Shown piece after piece: positions 12,825-22,439 of a DNA stretch of 64,000 bases (the stretch's first letter is position 1; every line of letters starts with the position of its first letter). The position numbers and the translations under genes are program-made. Origin of the DNA: Plasmodiophora brassicae (Eukaryota); contig CP145428.1 of assembly GCA_036867785.1 (NCBI GenBank), forward strand, positions 558,001-622,000, given 5' to 3'. The notes below the pieces were generated by a model that saw only the letters and a program-made list of their open reading frames with translations, was not told the origin of the DNA and searched no databases.

Positions 12825-14090
12825 TCAGACCGCTAGCGGATGGAGCGGTGACCGCGAGCCCATGGCCACAGCGGCCAGGAGCGACTTGGCGTCGGGCGAC
12901 GCGTTCAGCAGGTCGAGGCCCAGACGCCGCAGGCTGCCGAACACGCCCTGCGGTCTGAACACGCGATCAATGACGTGGACGCCGCCCAGCATCAGCGCGT
13001 TCCTCGACCAGGCCTTTGACTCGTACTGCCTCAGCAGGTGGACGTCGCCCCAGTCCCAGCCGTGCGCGTCCTCGAGGCATCCGACGAGGTCGACGGCGTC
13101 CTGGATGCCCAGGTTCAACCCCTGGCCCGCCTGCGGGTGCACGACATGGGCGGCGTCGCCGATCAGCGCGACGCGCTCGGCAACGTATCGCTCGGCCTGC
13201 TGCATCTGCAGCGGGAACGCGGCACGCTTCCCGACGATCCCGACGACCTTGGGCGCCGGCACGTGCTCCTTGCGAAGTATGCGCCGGACCGAGTTCGGGT
13301 CCGGGGCGTCGCCGCGTCCCAGCGCGTCGTTCAGCGCCTGGACGAGCGACGCGTTCGGCATGGCCTGCAGGTCGTCGACGTCCGCGTCGGGAACCGACCA
13401 GACGATCGACGCCAGGTCGTCCTGCAACGGTAGGACGGCGAGCGGTCCCGTCGGCAGATACGTTTGCCAGGCGGTCGCCGACGGTGCTGCCACGCGGACG
13501 GTCGCCACCAGACCGTGCTGGTTGTAGGACAGCCCGGACGTGCCGATTCCGGCCGCGCGTTTCACGACGGACCGGGCGCCGTCCGCCCCGATCAGCAACC
13601 GGGCGGCGAGCGGCCCGTCGCGGCCGGCGATGCGGACGCCGGGCCATTCGTTCGGCGCGTTATCGATGGACTCGACGGTGGCCGGGCAGATGAACTCGAG
13701 GTCGGCGTTGCCGGCCTGCGTCGTCAGTCGTTCGTACAGCGCGTCCTGCAGGACGTCGTTCGCGACGACATACCCGAGCGGGCCGCCGTCATCGTTGCCG
13801 TCGAACTGCAGGCGCCCGTCCTGATCGCAGACGATCATCCGGCGGTACGGGGCGGCGTGCGGCAGGATCCGGTCCTGCCAGACGCCGGCGCGCCGGAACG
13901 CGTCAGCGGACGCCGGCGACACGGCCGACACGCGCGCCGGGTTCGCCGCCGGGCGCCGCCCCTCCAGCACCAGCAGGCGTCGGCCGCGGAGCGCCGGCGA
14001 CGCGGACGCCAGCGCGGCGAACAGCGACCCGACGATGCCGCCGCCGACGACAATGGCGTCCCACTCGTGCGCGGCGTACGCCCCCATCAT
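12825..14090 (-). CDS. COQ6: FAD-dependent ubiquinone biosynthesis monooxygenase (COQ6/UbiH family), intronless
   Basis: DAIVVGGGIVG, RVSAVS, LLIGADGARS, YNQHGLVATV, AWQTYLPTGPLAVLPL, RVALIGDAAHVVHPQAGQGLNLG. Probable ATG at 14090. Confidence 0.9.
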   Translation of the reverse strand: MMGAYAAHEWDAIVVGGGIVGSLFAALASASPALRGRRLLVLEGRRPAANPARVSAVSPASADAFRRAGVWQDRILPHAAPYRRMIVCDQDGRLQFDGNDDGGPLGYVVANDVLQDALYERLTTQAGNADLEFICPATVESIDNAPNEWPGVRIAGRDGPLAARLLIGADGARSVVKRAAGIGTSGLSYNQHGLVATVRVAAPSATAWQTYLPTGPLAVLPLQDDLASIVWSVPDADVDDLQAMPNASLVQALNDALGRGDAPDPNSVRRILRKEHVPAPKVVGIVGKRAAFPLQMQQAERYVAERVALIGDAAHVVHPQAGQGLNLGIQDAVDLVGCLEDAHGWDWGDVHLLRQYESKAWSRNALMLGGVHVIDRVFRPQGVFGSLRRLGLDLLNASPDAKSLLAAVAMGSRSPLHPLAV

Positions 14091-14344
14091 GATCCCGTCG
14101 TCAGCACCGACGCAAAACGTCGCCGCCCATTCAAAAACCCAAATGACGCCCCACACTGCCGAGCTGCACATGCCGGCCACGCACGGCACGCGGGCGCGGA
14201 ATGTTCCGCGTCCGTCCGCGTTCCCGCGGGGCGTAACGTTCCACACTGTACGAACTGCACCCATCCGGTCACGGGTGCACGCGGACACGGCGGACGGGGC
14301 ACGCAACGAACCGACGCAAAACCCGCCGTCGATCGTTCGTCGTC

Positions 14345-16322
14345 ATGGAGCCGGCGACGTCGCCACCGGCGTCGATCGGCGGCGCCCGGGCCCTGCTCGC
14401 GCTGTTCATCGCCATCAACCTGCTGTGCTACTTTGATCGAGGCGCCATCGCCGCCTGGTGACGTGCCGCCCCGCCTGTGTCCATTGCTGTCGCGACGACG
14501 ACGTCTGATTGCGCGCGCGCGCTCCCAACAGTTTCTCGACGTTGTCGTCCGGGCCGATGCGTTTCTCGAATTCGCAGGACGGGTCGTTGGCAACCGCCTT
14601 CATCGGTATGTTCGTTCCGAGGTCCTGCGACATGTGCCCGTCTGACGCGCGGCCTGTAGTTGGATTCCTGTTAAGCTCGCCCGTGTTCGGGTACGCGTCG
14701 TCCAGGTGTCGCCCGATGACGCTAATCGCCGTCGGTCTGGCGGTCTGGACCGTGGCCGTTGCTGCGTCTGCGTTTGCGACGACCTTCTGGCTCCTGTTCC
14801 TGGCCCGTCTGGTCACGGGCGTCGGCGAGGCCTCGTTCGTCTCCATTGCCGCCGTACGGTGACCGTTGATCACTGGTGTCGATCGCCTTCTCATTGCCGT
14901 TCTAGCCGCTGATTGATGCGTCGGCGCCTCGGGAGAATCGACCTGTAGGGTCGCCCTATGTGCAACGGGTCATCCTGGCCCGTTCTGATAGACAGGCGGC
15001 AGGTCTGGCTGGCGTACTACTACCTGACGATACCAGTCGGGTATGCGCTGGGCGTTGCTCTGACGGGGACCTTCATCCAGCTGGCGCCGTTCACCGTTAA
15101 TAACTGGCGTGTGATCTTTGCCGTCGAAGGTGGCCGTGTCCTTCTCGGTACAGTCGTTGCGCTGACGCATTCGCAGCGGTCGTGATGATCCCGCTGATCG
15201 TCGTCTGCCTGACGATGTCGGGACGCGTCACACTACGAACGGCGCAGGATCATGTCGAAGACCCGAACGTGCTCGTGTCGTTCCTGACCGACGTGCGCCT
15301 GATCTGCAAATCGCCCGTCTACCGATGGACCATTCTGGGATATGCGATGCAGACCTTCGTGGTCGGCGGCTACAGCAACTTTGGTAGGCATCGTGCTACC
15401 GCTGCTCTTGCGGTCGGTTGCTAATGGCACGCCGACGTTGTAGGCGATGCGTTCCTCGAGGAAGGTGTCGGCGTATCGCAGTCGCTGGCGTCCACCGGTA
15501 AGCGTCGCTGCTTTCGTTTTCCGATCCCGATGTGTGCCTGATCGTCCACACAGCGTTTGGCGTATGTGCGGCGCTGGCAGGCATCGTCGGGACCTACATG
15601 GGCGGCGCCATCCTGAACCGGATCGCGAAAGCGACCAACCCAGCGCGCGATGTTGCCCATGCCGTCGACAAGGACAATGTCGAGCCGTTCATCGGCCAGG
15701 CGGACCGCGCGGCATCCACCAACGTGCTGGTCGCCGACGACGACGACGCCGCCCGTACCGAGAAGGCGCTTCTCGTCCTAAAGTACTCCTCGGCGCTGGT
15801 AGGCCGGCGACCGTGCAACAATCCCGGTTGCGACGCTGACCGGGTCTGAAGGTGCTCCCGTTCTTCGCCCTGTCGTTCTGGGCGTTGAACCTGTACACGT
15901 TCTTGACGGGGGCGTTCTTCGCCGAGCTCTGCGTGTTTGTCAGCCTGACGCCCGTGAATTCGGCCATCATGTGGACGCAACCGGAGCCGCGGCTGCGCCC
16001 GCTGGCCCTGGCCATATCGACAATGACGATCCACCTGCTGGGCGACGCTGCGAGCCCAACCCTGATCGGCGTACGTCCATCTTCCGCACTGTGTCTCACC
16101 CTGGAACGTGACCGCTGTGCCGTACCAGGCAACGTTGGATTGGCTGTCACGCGACTGGCTTCTGACGTGCCGCCTGATGATCATCTGGCTCGTTGCCGCG
16201 TACGTCTGCTGGCATCGCGCACACTCGTCCGTCCCCGCGTGCCCGAACGTCACTGCCGACCGTCACCCTAATCCATTGCCAGGGTCGAGCGCCGCGCAAT
16301 CGCCCATCGCGCCTCGCTGTGA
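14345..16322 (+). CDS. Spinster-like MFS transporter, multi-exon
   Basis: INLLCYFDRGAIA, SPVFGY, ARLVTGVGEASF, GYALG, WRVIF, IHLLGDAASPTLIG across exons with GT-AG introns. Head-to-head with COQ6. Confidence 0.88.
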
Positions 16323-16539
16323 CGTCTACATCGGCTCATGGCCGCATCGGACGCGGGCCCACCGACCACTGTTCAAATGTACCGTTCGCAACACAACCGT
16401 GGCGCTGCCTGCAGCTGGCGCACGTTGGAGCTGCCCCGATTCGTCGACGGCCACTGTACCATTCGGGATCACTGATTTGCGGCCGCGTTTGTGCGCCCCC
16501 TGAGTGTGCCACCGTCCACCGGGCCAACCAGTGGACAGC

Positions 16540-16724
16540 TCCCGAGTCGGTTGGCGGGTAGTTCCTCGGGGTGCGACAGTCGTGCTCACGGCGTCCCGAG
16601 TCGGCTGCTGGTGTGTAGTTCCCCAAGGTGCGACACAGTCGTGCCAACGCGCCGCCCCTGGCCCTGTAACGGGGGGTCCCGAGTCGGTTGGTGTGTGCAG
16701 TTCCCCGGGGTGCGGCCGTCGTGC
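16540..16724 (+). repeat. Three imperfect copies of a ~46-51 bp unit just upstream of the DnaJ ATG
   Basis: tcccgagtcgg...gttcc...ggtgcg...gtcgtgc at 16540-16585, 16594-16644 and 16677-16724. Confidence 0.9.
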
Positions 16725-16750
16725 AGACGGGCCGGGCGCGGCGCTGCGCC

Positions 16751-18156
16751 ATGTCGTCGGCGGCACGGCGTGATGCGCACCTGGCGACACTGGGCCTGGG
16801 CGCGGGCGCGTCGGCGGCCGCCATCCGCCGGGCGTACCGGGACCTGGCCGTCCAGTGGCACCCGGACAAGAACCCGGCGCCGGAGGCCACCGCCCGGTTC
16901 CAGGCCATCTCCCATTCGTATGCGGCCCTGACCGCCGACCCCGACGACGTATCCGACGGCGACGACGACTTCGACGACGACTTCGACGACCTCGCCAGGT
17001 ACATGGACCTGTTCAACGACCTGTTCGCCTATTCGTCGTTCGTGTTTGGACCTGCTCCCCGCTTCTTCTTCGAGGTATCCATTCGATTGTGCCTCGCGTG
17101 TGCTTCTGCTGCTGTTATTTCGTCGACTGATACAGTGGCGCAGGACGGCGCGTTCGCCGCTGGCGACACGGACGATGATTTGGCGTTCGATGACGAATAC
17201 GGGGACGATGACGATAACGATGATTTCATTGTGAACCCGACGACGCCGTCGCAGGAGGGCGTTCGCGTCGTCGATGTGGACGACAAGAGCGCGACGGTGG
17301 ATTGGCGGCACATGATGGCCCCCGACGCGACGTACCGATTGGAGGTGTCGTCGCCCATGGCGGGGCTTGCGTGGGCGCTGGCGTACATCGGGACGGCGAC
17401 GCGGTACCGCGTTCGCCAGTTGCAACCGGGGACCGAGTACGAGATCCGCATCGCCGTGCAGGTCGACGACGTCTGGTCGCCCTGGTCCGCTGTACTGCGA
17501 GCGACAACGACCGGCACAACGGGCCGGAAACGGCACCCGCACATCCAGTCGAACGTGGAGATCCAGTTCGCTGCCGAGAGCGCCCCTCGCAACAAGAAGC
17601 AGAGGCCCCGGCGGAAACCCAAGAAGCGGCCAACGAAGCAGAAGCCGGTTCGCGAGGTTCGCCCGTTCGCTGACGCGTCCTGCTCGCGTTTCGACTGACA
17701 TTGCCGTTGTAGGGTGGGCCGGCGACAGTGGCAACGCCGCCACCCGCTGCTGATGTGGCCGACGACGACGACGACGAGCGCCAGCGTCGCCTGGCGGAGC
17801 AGATTGCATACGAGCTGGAGCTGGAGCGCCGCGCCGAGGAGATCGAACGGGAGCGCGCCGAAGTCGAGCGCCGCCTCCTCGACGAATACGGTGCGTGCCG
17901 TACACTCTGTTGTCGCCCTGCCTGGTCCTCTGATCGGTTGTCGGCAGCGAGGGCCATGGCCGACCGTGATTCGGTTCACGCCCAAGGTCCACGTAACGTT
18001 CGCCCTGCACCACGAGGTGCACGCGACAGTGCTCCCCGGGCCAACCGTCCGCCCTCCTCCACGACACCATGCCGTTTCTTTCAACGCGGCGCCTGCACCG
18101 CTGCCACGTGCCGGTTCCTGCACGTGCCCGGACCCGGACGCGGCACCCATTACTGA
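16751..18156 (+). CDS. J-domain protein with acidic tract, fibronectin type III domain, coiled coil and CCCH zinc finger (multi-exon)
   Basis: IRRAYRDLAVQWHPDKN (J-domain HPD); SATVDW...YRVRQLQPGTEYEIRIAV...WSPWS (FN3); CRFFQRGACTAATCRFLH (CCCH). Confidence 0.85.
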
Positions 18157-18200
18157 ATTACATCGAATGCAATGGGCATTACCCGGCAAACGACCGACGA

Positions 18201-20507
18201 CTACCTATTACTATCGTCGGTTGATATGGGATCCTTCGACGTCCGGTGCAGGTCGTCCAGGACTGTGCGGGCGTGTTCCGACTCGAGCGGGACCTGCCAG
18301 ACGGTGGCGAACTCCTGGACGACCGCGCTGGCGCCGGCCAGGTCGCCCGCCCGCCCGCAGGCCGACAGCAGCGCCACGAGCGTGTCCGCATCGGGGCGGA
18401 CGCCCTCCGATTTCAGCCTGGCGAACACGGCGAACGCATCGGCCGGCCTGCCGTGCTGGGCGTACGCCCCGATCATGGCGTTGAACGGGCGGACGCAGCC
18501 CGACCCCGAATGCGACCGGAACAGGTCGATGGCGTCGTCCAGACGGTCGCTGTTCGACAGCGCCTGGACGAACGCGCCGACGACCGCATCGTCCAGGAGC
18601 AGGCGGCGGCGCGCGAACTGAAGCAGGTCGTGGAGCGGCGCCGGCTGCGAGCATCGCCCGCACGCGTCCACGATGCCGGTCAGGACGTCGACGTCGACCT
18701 CGGTGCGCGCCTTCGCCATGGCGTAGAACGCGGCGAGCGCGTCCGCGACGCGGCCGACGTCGGCGAGGATCGGGATCATCACCGCGTACGTCGCCCGGTC
18801 CAGCGCAACGGTCCGCCCGCCGGCCACCATGGCGTCGAACACGTCGATCGCCCTGGCGTGCATGCGCCGGCGCGCGTACGCCGACATCATCGCCGTGAAC
18901 GGCGACGCGATGAACGGGACGCAGGACGCCAGGCGCGTGCGGAACACGTGCTCGGCGCCGGCGAGGTCGTCGCACCCGTCGTAGGCGACGACGAAGACGC
19001 CCAGGACGCCGTCGTCCAGCAGGACATCGTCGCGCTCGCTCGCGTACGCGTGCAGCGCCTGCAGGGCGGCACGATCGCGTGCACGGCCGCACGCGCCGAC
19101 CAGCAGCGACAGGGCGGCCAGGTCGACGTGCACGTCGCCCCGCCGGCGCATGTCGTTGAACACGCGCATGGCGTCGGCGACCCGGTCGGATTTGGCGAGC
19201 ACGGCCAGGACGTTGACGAACGCGTCCTGGGTCCAGGGCAGGTCGGCGGCGCGCAGCACCTCGACGGCGTCCAGCGCCGCCCGCAGCATGCCATGGCGGC
19301 TGTAGACGGCGATCATCGTGTTCAGGACGCGGACGTCCGGCCGGGACGCCGCCGCCCGGTACGCGTTGTGCACGCGCTCGCCGGCGGCGACGTCCCAGCA
19401 GGCGTCGTAGGCGGCGATGAAGGCGCACGCCACCGCCGGGTCGTGCAGCAGGAGGGCATCGCGCGCCATGCGCTCGAGGTCGACGAGGGCGGCCCGGCCG
19501 GCGAACCGCCCGTAGGCGGCGACGAACGCCGTCAGGACGTTCCTGACGGGCAGGAGCGCGTGCTGGCGCGCGTGATCGCGCAGCACGTCCAGCGAGGCCA
19601 CCGTGCCGGATCGGGAGCAGGCGGCGACGAGCGCGATGAAGACGGTGACGTCGGGCGGGGCGCCGCTGCCGACCAGGTCGACGAAGACGCGCATGGCGTC
19701 GTCGAACCGGCCGACCTGGGCCAGCGTGTACAGGCGCAGGGACGCGGGCAGGCCGATCGCCTCCATCAACGGGATCGCGTCCAGGGCGACGTCGTCCCGG
19801 CCGTGGCGCGCCACCGCCTTGACCAGGTTGGCGAAGACGGCCGGGTTCCGGTACGGGCGAATCTGGCGCCGGCGAACCAGGTCGAGGAGGCGGGCGGCCG
19901 TGTCCGCCGCCTGGGCGCCCGACGAGTCGACGCAGCAGGCGGCGAACAGGGACAGGAGGCGCTCGGTGAAGGGGACGGCGTTGCCGATGGCGTCCGACAC
20001 GAGCGCGAGTGCCGCGTCAGGCGACCCCGCCCGGCGGCAGATGTTGGCGGTGCCGAAGATCGCATCGTGCGTTCGCAGCGGCAACGCCCGGTACAGGTCC
20101 AGGGCGGCGTCGGCGAGCGGCGGGTCGGCCCGCTGGCAGGCGCCCAGGAACGTGCAGAACAGGCGGTCGCAGACGGGGACGCCTCTGGCCATGGCCGCGC
20201 GCAGCACGTCCGGCGCCTTGGACGGCAGCGCCCGCCGGCAGAACGACAGCATGGCCTGGAAGAACGGGACGTCGATCGGGTGCGCGCCCGACTCGACCAC
20301 GGCCCGGTAGACGGCCCAACCCGCGGCCGGATCCCGCTCCTGCCTCAGCGTGGCCACGGCCAGCGCCACCGACGGCGATCCCCGGAACGTGTCGAGCAGC
20401 GACGACCCGCGATGCCTTCCCGAACACGGCGCCGCGGAACACAGGCGCCCCCTGGCGACGGCTATGCATGGATGACGCAGCCGCCGACCCAACGTCGACG
20501 ATGACAT
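18201..20507 (-). CDS. Pentatricopeptide repeat (PPR) protein, probably mitochondrial
   Basis: Repeated ~35-aa motifs (LNTMIAVYSRHG, FTAMMSAYARR, FNAMIGAYAQHG...GVRPDADTLVALLSACGRAG); Arg/Ser-rich N-terminus from ATG 20507. Confidence 0.92.
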   Translation of the reverse strand: MSSSTLGRRLRHPCIAVARGRLCSAAPCSGRHRGSSLLDTFRGSPSVALAVATLRQERDPAAGWAVYRAVVESGAHPIDVPFFQAMLSFCRRALPSKAPDVLRAAMARGVPVCDRLFCTFLGACQRADPPLADAALDLYRALPLRTHDAIFGTANICRRAGSPDAALALVSDAIGNAVPFTERLLSLFAACCVDSSGAQAADTAARLLDLVRRRQIRPYRNPAVFANLVKAVARHGRDDVALDAIPLMEAIGLPASLRLYTLAQVGRFDDAMRVFVDLVGSGAPPDVTVFIALVAACSRSGTVASLDVLRDHARQHALLPVRNVLTAFVAAYGRFAGRAALVDLERMARDALLLHDPAVACAFIAAYDACWDVAAGERVHNAYRAAASRPDVRVLNTMIAVYSRHGMLRAALDAVEVLRAADLPWTQDAFVNVLAVLAKSDRVADAMRVFNDMRRRGDVHVDLAALSLLVGACGRARDRAALQALHAYASERDDVLLDDGVLGVFVVAYDGCDDLAGAEHVFRTRLASCVPFIASPFTAMMSAYARRRMHARAIDVFDAMVAGGRTVALDRATYAVMIPILADVGRVADALAAFYAMAKARTEVDVDVLTGIVDACGRCSQPAPLHDLLQFARRRLLLDDAVVGAFVQALSNSDRLDDAIDLFRSHSGSGCVRPFNAMIGAYAQHGRPADAFAVFARLKSEGVRPDADTLVALLSACGRAGDLAGASAVVQEFATVWQVPLESEHARTVLDDLHRTSKDPISTDDSNR

Positions 20508-20678
20508 GTATACGAGCCGACGCGCGTGCTCCCAAGATAGCCGCCCGTTGTCGTTCAGGTGGCGCTGGAGGTTGCCGAATCCGTTCGCTGAGGCGCGTGT
20601 CGTGGATACAACATAGCGGGCTAACCATGCTTGCAATGACAAGTCGGTATAGATACGATGTTAGACGTTGAGGGAGCG

Positions 20679-21712
20679 CTACTGGGCAGGAGCCGAAGCA
20701 GTGATCGCAGCGCGAAACGCAGCCTCGTCGACCTGCTGCGTCTCCTCCTCGTCGGATTGCCACCGGCGTCGCTTCAACCATTCAACGATGGCGTCCATCA
20801 TGGCGACGTCGGAACCGCGACTGAACCTGAAACACGCCCATCCGATTAGGTGGTGATGAACCGGGCAGGCGAGCCGTTTGGGACACCAACACATGGTCAG
20901 CGCCCTCGATGGTGATCAGGTCGTGGTTCGCGATGCAGCGCGACAGCGCATGCGCGTCCGATATGTGGACGACGTCGTCGTCGGTCCCGTGCACGGTCAG
21001 AACGCGGACGGTATCGGGGATCTTGGCGGCCTACAACACAGTATACCGACGATGAGAGCGGGGTTCGCTTCCAGCGGGCAACGTATAGGTCGCGCACCTC
21101 CTCGGCCATGTTCAGGCGCAGGCGCTCATCGATCGACCGCTGCGTGACGTTGTAGGTGCGGGTCTTGACGCGCCAGTAGAACGAGCCGGTGTGGTGCAGG
21201 TCGTGCAGCTGCGCCTCGCTGAACTTCTCGAACAGCCCGCGCTGCATGTCGCATCGCCTGCGGGACGATGTCGCGTCATCGTATACGTGCGCATACGCGG
21301 CGCCTGTACCCTACCCGCTGATGTTGACAATGACGGGGACGTCGCCGAACCTGGCCGCGTACAGCAGGGCCGTGTTCCCGCCCATGCTGTGCCCCATGAT
21401 GCAGGCGACACGCAGGCCCTGCTGCCTGAGGTACTGGACCGCCGCTCGCAGGTCATCCGTCTGTCGAGCGTAGGCGCAGAGCTGCCAGGTGCCGGCGCTC
21501 CGCCCGCACCCGGTGAAGTCGAAGCGGAACGCGCGGCAGCGCAGGCGGGCGCAGACCTGCGCCGTCAGCGTCGGGATCCATCGCCAGTCGCTGTGCGCCA
21601 GCAGCCCGTGGCACACGACGACGACGTCGTTGCACAACCCGTCGACGTGATCGCGCAGCACGCCGTGCAACTCCTGCCCGGCGTCGTTGGCGAACGTCAC
21701 CACGCGCTCCAT
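20679..21712 (-). CDS. Alpha/beta hydrolase (serine hydrolase), multi-exon
   Basis: VVVCHG, FRFDFTGCGRS, GHSMGG nucleophile elbow, VHGTDDDVV (Asp), IEGADH (His). Confidence 0.9.
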
Positions 21713-21982
21713 TGTCGGTCGCCCAGGGCACGCGACCCTCCGATTCCCCGTACGGGTACCGGAACGAGCCGGCATTCGGCCTGCAGGTCGTCGTCGTCGG
21801 GACACGGATCCATCATGAAGGGCAGGCACACGAGAAATCGGGATGTGCCAGGACCGCCCGTTCCGACAGTTATAGTCTCCGCTTGACGAACGCCTCCGGG
21901 GTCACGCCTGCTACGTACCCGCGCGTTGAGCGACGCCAGGCAAGATCTCGATCGCCGTCGTGAGAGTGGTCGGGTCGTTCTC

Positions 21983-22177
21983 CCGGTCTTCGTTCAACGC
22001 TGTATCTAACCGGGGTAAAACGCCGTCAGTGTCTCGCTTTCCCTCTGCTTGAGGGACTCTGGAGGTCAAAATTAGACCGACCCGGCCCTGGAAGGGTTCC
22101 AGTCGCGCAGCAACCCGCAGGGGAAAAGCAGCGAGGCATTCCTACCCCGGTTGGAGACAGCGTCGAACGAGTACTGG
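21983..22177. other. Intergenic imperfect inverted repeat (~43-bp arms) with internal hairpins; candidate structured RNA or MITE
   Basis: Arms 21983-22024 and 22135-22177; internal tccctc-tgctt-gaggga, ggtc-aaaatta-gacc and ggccc-tggaa-gggtt. Confidence 0.6.
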
Positions 22178-22439
22178 CATGTGCCAACGCCCAGGGTCAC
22201 CATGTGGTGCACGGCCGACGACAACGGAGGGCAGCGGGCAATGCGGGGCGTGCAGCGCGCAGTGGCAGAAACGCGCTGCCCCGGTAACATAAGCAGAAAG
22301 AGGCGGGAAAAAATGTCCGTAAAAAGTCCGTGGCGATGAGTGTTGGTCGGTTGGCAGGAGCTGCTTTGCACAACGGGCGCATCGTGGCGCGAACGCCGCC
22401 GCCCGCCGGCCCCGACGACGTCCAGAGCGCCGGACGACC

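Noticed and set aside
16540-16724. CRISPR array
   Set aside because: Only three degenerate units with irregular 8 and 32 bp gaps, no cas genes, eukaryotic context.
18246-20504. 752-aa plus-strand ORF
   Set aside because: Antisense shadow of the PPR gene; no independent motifs.
22025-22135. SRP RNA (CAGG...GAAA...AGCAG) or Sm-site snRNA (aattttga on the minus strand)
   Set aside because: The helix-8 stem and Alu-domain motif are missing and no other snRNA motifs were found; kept only as an unassigned structure.
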